Source: a virus
DNA length: 64,000 bases
IMG/VR virus record: IMGVR_UViG_3300046314_000711
Strand: one strand, 5' to 3'
Positions within the stretch are counted from its first letter, which is position 1; every line of letters begins with the position of its first letter. A program made the translations under genes and the position numbers. Below, in pieces: positions 9,017 to 18,043 of the stretch. Below the pieces are notes generated by a model. The model did not search any database. It saw only the letters and a program-made list of their open reading frames with translations, and was not told the origin of the DNA.

Positions 9017-9282
9017 TCATATCATATTAGCGGCACGCTGGAAGGACAGCGTAGATGCAATACAGAAACAAGCATCACAATAGTGGGGGCGTTCACACAC
9101 CAGTTAATACAGCCTCGATGTCCAAGAGATTAATTACCTCGCTTCGGACTGCAAAACCACCAGATTGTGCTGAGAATGCATTCAGAGGTAAGTAGGCGAG
9201 CACTGTGGACGCACATCTCGACGGAGGGCACTGCTAGGGTGTGCTGACTGGGAATCAAGCCCCGGACGCTAATATGATATGA
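9017..9282 (+). ncRNA. Large CATAT-type stem-closed RNA cassette
   Basis: TCATATCATATTAGCG/CGCTAATATGATATGA perfect 16-bp closing stem. Confidence 0.7.
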
Positions 9283-9603
9283 TTTATGACCCTCCCATTA
9301 GGGATGGTAAGCGAGCTCTCAGTGACTCTGCTAGGTGAAGTAGTTGGTGACCAAACAGACCGCCTTGGTCGGTGGTAATGTGGAATCCTAAACGCTTAAA
9401 AACTCCTGACAATAGGCCTAACCGGCCATACGATAAGGAACACTAGTAACGCTCTCGTTTCCCATAGCAGTTCACTCTGCAAAGGGTCGCCAAATAATCC
9501 ATTCTCGGTTTAAGGTGAAGCACGCCCGAGCACCAACTTGCAAAAGTTGTATAAAACCCAATTACAAGTGACACGACTGGTGATGGAAGCCAGTCACAAA
9601 TTT

Positions 9604-9799
9604 TCCCGAGGTAGTTCAGTGGATGGTTGGTAATCAGTGGTAAGGAACGCCCACTACGGTTATCTTCCCGCAGATTGTGGAGTAGCATTGGTTAGTAATC
9701 AGCACGCGGCTGACGAATCTGATGTGGCAAGTCTCTCTGTGTAGAACGCTCGTTCTCTAAACGAGAGGTCGGTGGTTCGAATCCACCCCTTTGGGACCA
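9604..9799 (+). ncRNA. tRNA-like RNA (loop TCTCTAA, Arg-TCT-like) with ~126-nt D-loop insert
   Basis: TCCCGAGG pairs with CCTTTGGGA-CCA; D stem GTTC 9614-17/GAAC 9744-47; CTCGT/ACGAG stem; GGTGG-TTCGAAT-CCACC. Confidence 0.6.
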
Positions 9800-9995
9800 T
9801 ATAAAACACATTCCGGGCTGTCTCCAATGGCGTACGGATCTCCGCAAGGCTGTACGGGACTGTAGCAATGCAGTCGAGGGGTGTGAATGTGTTTGTAATA
9901 ACGGGCAACGTGAAGGCCCTGCTGATAGGTTTAAATGGCCTTGATCGAAGGTACGCCGGACTACCACAACTCTTGACTGTTATCAGACTAAACAG

Positions 9996-10127
9996 TCACC
10001 ATATAAAAATACTATTGACGGGTAGACCCTGCATACACCGCAGGGCATCTATTCGGTTCCCTGGCAGGGGCGAACCTTGTGTTGTGCCAGCAGCGCAAGC
10101 AGTATTGATAGTGTTTTTATATGGTGA
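9996..10127 (+). ncRNA. CATAT-type cassette with 16S-like words
   Basis: TCACCATATAAAAATACTAT/ATAGTGTTTTTATATGGTGA stem; contains ATTGACGGG and GTGCCAGCAGC. Confidence 0.7.
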
Positions 10128-10231
10128 TAGTGGGTCGAGAGTTTGTAACTTGATTAAGTTCGGGGCGATCTTGATTTATAGTCCGAGCGTAAAACTGTGG
10201 GATCTTTAGTCCCGCAGATGTAAGCGAGCAA

Positions 10232-10612
10232 TTATCCTTGTTCAGCTATATATTTAGCTATTGTTTCGGTCGAGGCATCCCCAGTAGAACAAACAAAATA
10301 ACCAGATGACTAAAATATACAATTCTTCCAAAAATGTTTTCTCAGTTCGGAGCTGTGTAAGAACCAAACTTTTGCAGTAGTCGTTTGTTTCAATAATCTG
10401 ACAATTTGTGAAACTGACACATTTGGCGAGTAATCAACCAGTAAATGGATATGATCTTTGTCCACTTCCATTACTTGTATTTTGAAATCGGCTGTTTGAT
10501 TTGTTAGTATTGTATCTTTGATGGTCTGTATTAGTTGTGGCTTAGACAGAAGTTTCTTTCTATACTTGACGCAGAACACAATATGGCTTTTGAGTGTAGC
10601 TTTTCTCCCCAT
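10232..10612 (-). pseudogene. tnpA: Y1 HUH transposase TnpA interrupted by an in-frame TAG
   Basis: HIVFCVKYRK, DHIHLL; F-TAG-SSGYFVCSTG...IAKYIAEQG continues in frame past the stop at 10310-12. Confidence 0.85.
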
Positions 10613-10681
10613 TTTGATGGTATATTTTCAATTTTGTATAAATATATTTATGTCAATCAAATCAACTGCATAAATAATAGT

Positions 10682-11956
10682 ATGAAACAGCTGCTCGCTT
10701 ACAAATATAGGATTTACCCAACAGAAGACCAACAAATCCTTCTGAGTAAAACCTTTGGCTGTAAACGGGTAATATTCAACCATTACCTAAATGTGCAACA
10801 AACAAATTTCAAGAACAAAGAAAAGCACCTGAGCAACTATGACATCAATAGAGACATTACTAAACTGAAGGATGAGAAGGACTGGTTACGGGAAGTAGAT
10901 TCTATTGCATTGCAGATGGCAGCAGAAGACCTATCGTTGGCATATGACAATTTCTTCAAATCAACTACTGGTAAGAGAAAGGGTCCGAAGATAGCGGCTC
11001 CTAAGTTCAAAACCAAGAATTCTCGGCAGTCGTATAGAACTCGTGGGGTTCGTATCAATGAAAATGGTTCTTTACAAATACCAAAACTAAAAGCAGTAGA
11101 AGCAGTCATCCATAGAGAAATTCCAGGTGATTCGACAATCAAATCAACAACCATATCAAAGAATACGGATGGAAGATATTACGCATCGATTTTAGTTGAA
11201 ACAGAAGTAGCATTAAAGCCAACGACTGGTAGAGAAGTTGGTTGCGATGTGGGTCTAAAAGATTTACTCATCACTTCAGATGGGATAAAATTCAAAAGAC
11301 CGAATGATTTGCTAAACATTGTGAAAACAAAACAATTGTTGAAGGCAAAACAAAAGCAGTTTGCAAGAACTGATAAAGGCAGTGAAAATCATGAATCAAT
11401 TCGACTCCAAGTAGCAAGATTGTACTCAAAGATCACAAGACAACGAAATGAATATTATCATCTAGTATCAAACTACTTAGTCGATAATTATGATTCCATC
11501 TACGTTGAAGATTTGTCGAGTAAGAATATGCTACAAAACAGGAAGTTGAGTAGAGCAATTCACGAGGCAGCATGGGCCACACTGACTGGAATGATTTCAT
11601 ACAAATCAAATCAGGCAGGTAGGACATATCATCGAATTAGTAGATGGTATCCGAGCAGTAAGACTTGTAGTTCATGCAATTACAAACTTGAAAAGCTCGA
11701 TCTTGGAACCCGAGAATGGACTTGTCCTAACTGTGGAGTCTTTCACGATCGGGATCTAAATGCAGCAAAGAATATACTTCGTGTTGGTCAGATTGACTGC
11801 TACGAAGAGGTAATAGAGTCGCAAGCAACAGGCGATTTGGAATTAAAAATTCCATTGGCCCTACAGAAAATGACTAGTAAAATCGAGAGATCTGGCATAT
11901 GCTTGTCAGTTGGTTATGGGAGTGGGCAAGCTGCACGATCTTTAGTCGTGCAGTAG
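10682..11956 (+). CDS. tnpB: RNA-guided endonuclease TnpB
   Basis: AYKYRIYP N-terminus; RuvC motifs GCDVG, YVEDL, DRDLNAA; CxxC...CxxC zinc finger. Confidence 0.95.
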   Translation: MKQLLAYKYRIYPTEDQQILLSKTFGCKRVIFNHYLNVQQTNFKNKEKHLSNYDINRDITKLKDEKDWLREVDSIALQMAAEDLSLAYDNFFKSTTGKRKGPKIAAPKFKTKNSRQSYRTRGVRINENGSLQIPKLKAVEAVIHREIPGDSTIKSTTISKNTDGRYYASILVETEVALKPTTGREVGCDVGLKDLLITSDGIKFKRPNDLLNIVKTKQLLKAKQKQFARTDKGSENHESIRLQVARLYSKITRQRNEYYHLVSNYLVDNYDSIYVEDLSSKNMLQNRKLSRAIHEAAWATLTGMISYKSNQAGRTYHRISRWYPSSKTCSSCNYKLEKLDLGTREWTCPNCGVFHDRDLNAAKNILRVGQIDCYEEVIESQATGDLELKIPLALQKMTSKIERSGICLSVGYGSGQAARSLVVQ

Positions 11957-12049
11957 TTGACAGTGGTTCGAACAAAAGCGGAAGCAGCCAGGCGAACTCA
12001 TAGAGTTTGGATAGTGTTGGGACGGCAGAAATTCCCACTACCTATTGTC

Positions 12050-12185
12050 ATCATATAAAAATGTACTGTCCTACCCAAAGGGTGGCAGACAGTGGTTGGA
12101 AGGATCTGCTCGTTATCTATCTGATGGATGCACTCGGGTTGCACCGATGCCAAAGGACGATGATTGTAGTACATTTTTATATGAT
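12050..12185 (+). ncRNA. CATAT-type cassette
   Basis: ATCATATAAAAATGTACT/AGTACATTTTTATATGAT perfect 18-bp stem. Confidence 0.7.
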
Positions 12186-12306
12186 TAGTTGGTGATGTAA
12201 TTGGTAAACATAAGCGGTTAGAGGAATTTATCTTCGAGAAGGACGCCAAAACCTTTCCTCGTAAACCGCTGGCAAAGTGTGGGTTCGAGCCCCATCCAAC
12301 TTTCCA
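12186..12306 (+). ncRNA. tRNA chassis with long extended anticodon arm
   Basis: AGTTGG/CCAACT-TTCCA; D arm; AGCGGTT...AACCGCT extended stem; GTGGG-TTCGAGC-CCCAT. Confidence 0.65.
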
Positions 12307-12472
12307 TATAAAAGTTAGTTCCCATTTGGAGGTAGAACACTGCGTAATCCCAGTATAGCGCATTGGTCGAGCTAACTTTTATATTGTCCATATTTGAGTG
12401 TATTGCTATCGCACAAACAGTATTCCGGAAAACGGCCCACAAAGCTTAGCTGGGTAATACACTCAAATATGG
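12305..12472 (+). ncRNA. Two adjacent CATAT-type cassettes (12305-12386, 12388-12472)
   Basis: ATATAAAAGTTAGTTC/GAGCTAACTTTTATAT and CCATATTTGAGTGTATT/AATACACTCAAATATGG stems. Confidence 0.7.
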
Positions 12473-12584
12473 GGAGGTAGCTCAGTTGGCAGAGCAACGT
12501 AATCGAATGCAGAGACAGGCCGGCTTTATGGCTCTGTTAGTAGATATGCGCATGTCGGTGGATCGTGGCCACCCCTCCCCACCA
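12471..12584 (+). ncRNA. tRNA chassis with anticodon loop replaced by an extended stem
   Basis: GGGGAGG/CCTCCCC-ACCA; GCTC-AGTTGGCA-GAGC D arm; ~45-nt insert. Confidence 0.7.
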
Positions 12585-12678
12585 TATATAGAATTATGTG
12601 GGCCACATCCTGTGGTTCATATGCAAACTGTCTTTAAAATTAATGGTCTTAGGCAGTGACCAGTACAATGGAAATAAA

Positions 12679-13479
12679 ATGATGTATAACAACAAGTGTG
12701 TAGTTGCTGCTAAGGCAAACGGTAAAGTTCTCCGCGAATTTAAAGATACTATTTTCGTACCCTTTGGTAGTGAGTATTCACTACTAATCAAAAATCTAAA
12801 CTCAGTCCGAGCAATTTTTAACATCTATATTGACGGTGATAATGTTGTTCCAGGTGGACTTGTTCTAGCTGCTGGTCAGGAGATTGATCTCGAACGCAGC
12901 ATCAAGAACGGAAATCTCAACGAAGGAAATAAGTTTAAATTCATTTCTCGCACAAGTGATATCGAGAATCACCGCGGAATAAAGTTAGAAGATGGTATTA
13001 TTCGGATCGAGTACCAGTTTGAAAAGGTGTATCAACGCCAAGATGGTATCCAATGGAATACTGACTTATACGGCTGCCCAATCACATTCGGTAATGCGCA
13101 AGTACCGCAAAGTTCTATTGTGCGCGGAATGAGTAATATCAACATTGCTGGATCTGCGAATTGTGTTGCAACATTAGATGGTGGTGCATCTGCGCAGAAT
13201 ATGACAATGCTCACTGCAACCGCACAATCCGTGAATGATGTTGGTATTACTGTACCAGGTGGCAAAAGCGAGCAGAAGTTTGATACAGTGTCTTGGTTCC
13301 CAACAGAGATAGAAAAGCACACAATTGTGCTCAAAATACTTGGTGAGACCGCCGACAACAAACCTATTCCAACTCCCGTGACGGTGAAAAGTAAGCCCAA
13401 ATGCACAAGCTGTGGTAAGGTGAACAAAGTTGGATCAAAATTCTGCAACAGTTGTGGCACTGGTTTGGATCTGTTTTAA
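12679..13479 (+). CDS. Hypothetical protein with C-terminal double-CxxC zinc ribbon
   Basis: CTSC...CNSC at the C-terminus; likely start MMYNNK. Confidence 0.75.
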   Translation: MMYNNKCVVAAKANGKVLREFKDTIFVPFGSEYSLLIKNLNSVRAIFNIYIDGDNVVPGGLVLAAGQEIDLERSIKNGNLNEGNKFKFISRTSDIENHRGIKLEDGIIRIEYQFEKVYQRQDGIQWNTDLYGCPITFGNAQVPQSSIVRGMSNINIAGSANCVATLDGGASAQNMTMLTATAQSVNDVGITVPGGKSEQKFDTVSWFPTEIEKHTIVLKILGETADNKPIPTPVTVKSKPKCTSCGKVNKVGSKFCNSCGTGLDLF

Positions 13480-13586
13480 CCATCTCGCATATATAGTAGT
13501 ATCGAGATCAAGTCTTCCAGAACTTTTTTAATCTGGCTGGACACCGCCAACGGGGAGTCTGTAAGCTAACAGTTGGAAAGATTTAT

Positions 13587-13660
13587 GCAGGCATGGTGTA
13601 AAAGAAACTCATAACTTTGCCAAAGTTAAGTCCCCGGAGCATTACCGGGTGCCTGCTCCA
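13587..13660 (+). tRNA. tRNA-Gly(GCC)
   Basis: GCAGGCA/TGCCTGC-TCCA; TAACT-TTGCCAA-AGTTA. Confidence 0.75.
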
Positions 13661-13686
13661 ATCACAATAGTATGTGTGTGCATAGA

Positions 13687-13760
13687 CGCGCAGTAGGGAA
13701 GTAGCTATCCCACCTGGCTCATAACCACGGAGGTCGCTGGTGCAAATCCAGCCTGCGCAT
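13687..13760 (+). tRNA. tRNA-Met(CAT), initiator-like, no encoded CCA
   Basis: C1:A72 mismatch; CTCATAA loop; GCTGG-TGCAAAT-CCAGC; embedded in a longer flanking stem. Confidence 0.65.
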
Positions 13761-13778
13761 CTATGCATACTTACAAAA

Positions 13779-13886
13779 AGGGGTAGGTTCAGCAACCTTA
13801 AAATATGGCTGAAGTCAATGGGCTTGCCCAACGATCTCAAACTGGAGTTGTTGCCCAGTTAAAACAAGCAGCTAACAACTACCCCG
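13779..13886 (+). ncRNA. CAGCMA-scaffold RNA (same family as 18044-18379)
   Basis: GGGGTAG-GTTCAGCAA...CTACCCC-GTT. Confidence 0.55.
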
Positions 13887-13943
13887 TTGTGTACAAAGTG
13901 ATAGTGATAGATAGTGGAATAATATGATGCAAGATGGCTGCGC

Positions 13944-14026
13944 TCACCAGTAGAGGAATTGGTAAACTCACCTGACTGTTAATCAGACGCTTAATTGCAC
14001 TGTTGGTTCGAAGCCAACCTGGTGAG
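13944..14026 (+). tRNA. tRNA-Asn(GTT) with long variable region, no encoded CCA
   Basis: TCACCAG/CTGGTGA-G; CTGA-CTGTTAA-TCAG; GTTGG-TTCGAAG-CCAAC. Confidence 0.75.
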
Positions 14027-14245
14027 CACAGCTGATTTTGCATCGCGATAGAATCCCCCTTAGGACCGTTTGATGTCAACGGTAGGGTGGCGTAGGCTGC
14101 TCAGGCGTCCGAGTAGTTGCCGTTAGCAATAGGCGTTATTACACTGCTTAACAAGCTGTGGTGATGCTGCGGGATAATGAGCAGACGCTCCGATAAGGCG
14201 CCTCCGGATTTGTAACCGGATCATTTTAAAATACTCAAAATGACC

Positions 14246-14293
14246 GTCAACTACTGCACGACCAAAGATCCGGCAGTTTTACGTACACACCCG
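14246..14293 (-). mobile_element. 48-bp LE/RE hybrid IS605 mini-element
   Basis: Minus strand reads TTTAT|...CGTAAAACTGCCGGATCTTTGGTCGTGCAGTAGTTGAC: LE start fused to RE end, same TAM as the full IS. Confidence 0.8.
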
Positions 14294-15242
14294 ATAAATA
14301 TAATAAAAACTCAAACAAAATGACCATCTTTTCTTGGATCACTAAACCGCTGCGCGACATTGCCGCCTTGCAAACTCAGCACGATCGCATAGCTCGACTA
14401 GCACTTGACTTGCAAACGCAGTGCAATGATCGTGATGACTATATTAAACAACTGAAAGCTCGTATCGATCACATTGAAGGCGTGATCAGAACTCACACGT
14501 TCTAACATCACTCGGTATTGCGGCAACGATGGGTTGAGCACAATACCCCAATCCCTTATGATAGACTTAATACTACACCAACAGAGCTAGTAACCGAGAC
14601 AACTCTGCTAATGACAATAAACTGCTGACAAAGTCGATAAATTCCTTCTCAGGATTTGCAGTTAGTTGGGTGTGGTACTTTATTAACTACCAATGGAGTT
14701 TACATGACAGAATTTTTCCTAGGCCTTGTAACTGGCTATTTGTTTACGTGGCCAGCAATCGCTATATTGATCGCATTGGGTATCATGTTCGAATCAGCCT
14801 CGAGTCACGCAACAGCAGCTTTCCTTGGTATCGTTGCAGCAGTTAGTGCGTATTTTACTTCCAGCTTGATATCCAATCAATGGTGATGTATATTGTGGCG
14901 TACTTTGGACTGGGATTTGCGTGGAGCATCTGGCGTTACCGTCGACACATAAAATCGATCGTCGAGCAATACCGTAACGACGATCGATTTTATGTGCGTA
15001 AAGGTGCTGCTGATCGTCTACATCCGCTGGCAATGTTGAGCACATTAACTGCCTGGGTAATCATCTGGCCATTCAGCATGGTTGAGAACTTGGCTGGTGA
15101 TGTTATCAACATGATCCGTACTGCTATCTCGACTGTGTTCCGTAGCGTGTACAACCGCATCTACGAATCTGCTGTGCGCGACTTGCTGCCAACGCCTGTT
15201 GATGGCACTGAAGTATAATAGTTTGAAAATTGAAAGAAACCC

Positions 15243-15677
15243 ATGAGCCTTATTACAGAAATCAAGTCTGCGCAGTTGACTGCTCGTAAGGACCGAAATG
15301 GTCCAATGGCATCACTGCTAACTACCCTCATCGGTGAAGCAGAAATGGTCGGCAAGAATGCTGGCCGTGAAGTGCTTGATGCAGAAGTGGTTGCAACAAT
15401 CAAAAAGTTTATCAAGAACATTGACGAAACAATCAAAGCACTTGGTGTGGAAGATGCTCGTGCACAGGCTGCACAAGACGAACGCGTTGTTCTGGAACAC
15501 TTTCTACCGCGTCAAATGGACGAACAGCAACTGACCGAAGCAGTGACTGCTATCAAGGCTGAACTGAATGCTGGACAAAAAGATATGGGCAAAGTGATGG
15601 GTCTATTGAAGACACGACACGAAGGCCAGTATGATGGTAAGATGGCTTCTACTGTGGTCAAAGCAGTACTCGCCTAA
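15243..15677 (+). CDS. GatB/YqeY domain protein
   Basis: FLPRQMDE, DMGKVMG and YDGK motifs; 144 aa. Confidence 0.9.
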   Translation: MSLITEIKSAQLTARKDRNGPMASLLTTLIGEAEMVGKNAGREVLDAEVVATIKKFIKNIDETIKALGVEDARAQAAQDERVVLEHFLPRQMDEQQLTEAVTAIKAELNAGQKDMGKVMGLLKTRHEGQYDGKMASTVVKAVLA

Positions 15678-16055
15678 ATAGAGATACGGAGGTGCGACAG
15701 CCCAATAGGTTCCACATTTTGTGGGTCACCACTGTCGCTTTATATGTTGAGTACACACTCGGTAACTGGTATAAATAGAGATGGGTGGTTACACCCATAC
15801 ACACATACACAGGAGTTATACCAATGTTTTTACTAGCATATCTAATCGAAAAAATCAAGAAGTCTTTCAAACCCACCACTTACGGTGAAGAATTGGAAAC
15901 ATTCGTTGTTTCTCACAACCCATCTACATCAGCTGATGTAGAATACTGGATTACCCAGTATGATCGTAGACAACAACGTGCCCGTGGTGGTATGTTTAGT
16001 TATCGGTAATATTTTTGTCGATACATTTCATACACACATACAGGAGAAATCTAAA

Positions 16056-16319
16056 ATGGCTACTACATCTAAATCTGCCGGCAAATCCGGCTTTGAAATC
16101 CGTCTCGAAGTTCTGCAGATGGCAAAAGAGCTTGTCGAAAAGCAAGCTAAACTAACTACTGACTTCGCTACCCAAGCATTCACACTTGCTATTCAATCAA
16201 ACCAAGCTACTATTAACCAGTGGAAAGAATTTTCTCCCGCTGCTCTTACCGTAGATGAAGTAATGGCAAAGGCAACTGAGCTATATAAGTTCATTGCCCC
16301 AACAACTACAACCAAGTAA
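16056..16319 (+). CDS. Hypothetical protein
   Basis: AGGAGA RBS; KSGFEIRLEVLQMAKE. Confidence 0.7.
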   Translation: MATTSKSAGKSGFEIRLEVLQMAKELVEKQAKLTTDFATQAFTLAIQSNQATINQWKEFSPAALTVDEVMAKATELYKFIAPTTTTK

Positions 16320-16369
16320 TATGACCTTTTTTACATCCCACTCGAAGTGTTCCCGATTGTGTACATTAC

Positions 16370-16741
16370 ATGAAGGAGAACACAATGAGCAGAACTTTCC
16401 GAAGAAAGAACTACGAGGCTGAAAACAATACCTCGTGGGATGTGCAAGGCCGAAAGACAGCTGGGTTTTATACTGAGCGCGTATCCCACTGGGTTGCTAG
16501 TGGTCAGTACTTCCATACGTACGAGATCCCGACAAAAGCACAGTTCTACAAAAAATATACTTGGGCACATGGCGAAAGCAAGTCCGCGAACAGTTGGAGT
16601 CCGGGTCATAGCTTTCGTCACCCACGCATGACTCAAAATCGAGCTATCACGCGACGAGAATTGCATAAATATCGCATGATTCCTGACTATGAACCAATGG
16701 TAGAAGCGAATCCTCGCAGCTGTCGTTGGGATTGGAGTTAG
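16370..16741 (+). CDS. Hypothetical basic protein
   Basis: AAGGAG RBS before MSRTFRRK. Confidence 0.65.
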   Translation: MKENTMSRTFRRKNYEAENNTSWDVQGRKTAGFYTERVSHWVASGQYFHTYEIPTKAQFYKKYTWAHGESKSANSWSPGHSFRHPRMTQNRAITRRELHKYRMIPDYEPMVEANPRSCRWDWS

Positions 16742-17044
16742 AAAAGGACTACAAGATGAGCACAGAGCAGGACAAAGTCAAGCATAGCAAGCGGATCCAC
16801 AACAAGCAAACGCGTACTCATCGTCAGTGGACGCTATCGAAACAAATATTCAAAGAAGTGGTAAAAGAGCCACACGTCTATCACAAGAGATCATTCGCAA
16901 CCTGTGGTAACAGCAATTGCGTAATGTGCATGAATCCACGTCGCGCAACAGGCGAGCTCACTATTCAAGAACAACGATTGTTTCAAGATCGACTACAGGA
17001 GTATGTTGAGCACAAGGACGCTTTATGTGATGATTGATTTATGA

Positions 17045-17285
17045 GCAGTTCTGCCCGAATTCCGGTCTGGTAATAGACAGAACTGCAATAGTGGAGTGGA
17101 CAAAAGAACGGTGCATGTGGAGCGAAGGTACGTAAGCGTTGAAGCATGCACTTGCTGTAAGGAATGCCTGATTTAACAGGACTCCCTAGTGTCTAAGTTA
17201 GGGTTAATAGCCTACTACTAGCGGATGCGTAAGTTCGAAGCCGGAACAGCGGGCTCAAACCTCCCAGGTAGGTGGAAAGCCTACA
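17045..17285 (+). ncRNA. Probable structured non-coding RNA
   Basis: Intergenic, GC-richer, several hairpins (GCAGTTCTG/CAGAACTGC, GTGCATG/CATGCAC, GTAGG/CCTAC). Confidence 0.45.
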
Positions 17286-17307
17286 CAATATTAGGATATT
17301 TTTGGCA

Positions 17308-17808
17308 ATGAAAATAACGCAAATATTAGAAAGTTTTCCAGTAATGGAGATGCTGAATACGAGACTAGATGAACCAGTTGTGTGGGAGCAAGAGCATCAG
17401 CAGGATATCTGCAAGTGTTCAATCGATGGTGGAAGCATTAATCTCAAACTGGTGATATCAGCCATAACATATAAGCAGTTATCAGGATTGCGAGTTGGTT
17501 TCTTATTGTGGAACGGTACTGATTATGTTGAACACATTGGAGCTGTATCAACGATCAGTTCTGCAAAAGTAATTGGTGCGGTTACAAACGCCCTGCTTAA
17601 TCGGTTAAATGAGTACGAGTGGGATTTTATTGTAGCAGATGCAAAAGATGCTGTTCCAATCCGGATGAAGTTATACACTCGCATCGTGGAACGAATCGCT
17701 CGGTCAAATAGTTGGCAGTACGGTTCTGGAGTTGTTAACAATATAGGGATTGCAGTAGTCTCTAAACAGTATAGTTGTCAAGACATAATCGATAACATTC
17801 AACATTGA
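17308..17808 (+). CDS. Hypothetical protein, paralog family A
   Basis: MKITQILE start; KVIGAVTN...WDF...AKDAVPIRMKLY. Confidence 0.7.
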   Translation: MKITQILESFPVMEMLNTRLDEPVVWEQEHQQDICKCSIDGGSINLKLVISAITYKQLSGLRVGFLLWNGTDYVEHIGAVSTISSAKVIGAVTNALLNRLNEYEWDFIVADAKDAVPIRMKLYTRIVERIARSNSWQYGSGVVNNIGIAVVSKQYSCQDIIDNIQH

Positions 17809-17868
17809 GCACAATCTCATAAACTTGTAAAGTAAGATTTTAAACACTGAAACGCACAAAGGTAAAAA

Positions 17869-18024
17869 ATGAAACCAACCAAAACTTTCAAGCTCAGCAA
17901 AACGACCAAACGTATGATGTCAACTCTAACCAACGCAGAAGCGCGCAATGAATTTAAAAGAATTATGATCCAGGGGCAACTCGCTGCTCAGGTTGTAATC
18001 AAAAAAGAAAAAGCAGATAAGTAA
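17869..18024 (+). CDS. Small basic hypothetical protein (51 aa)
   Basis: AAAGGT RBS; MKPTKTFKLSKTTKRMM... Confidence 0.6.
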   Translation: MKPTKTFKLSKTTKRMMSTLTNAEARNEFKRIMIQGQLAAQVVIKKEKADK

Positions 18025-18043
18025 ACTCTGTTTAACCAGATCC

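Larger units (their letters stand above)
10180..11961 (+). mobile_element. IS200/IS605-family element (divergent tnpA + tnpB), TAM TTTAT
   Basis: LE hairpin CTGTGGGATCTTTAGTCCCGCAG preceded by guide AAAA (matches cleavage site TTAT at 10176-79); RE hairpin CTGCACGATCTTTAGTCGTGCAG preceded by CAAG (matches TGAC at 11958-61). Confidence 0.9.

Noticed and set aside
10171-10175. TTGAT as the IS target/TAM
   Set aside because: The left-end guide AAAA predicts TTAT, and the mini-element at 14246-14293 is also preceded by TTTAT.
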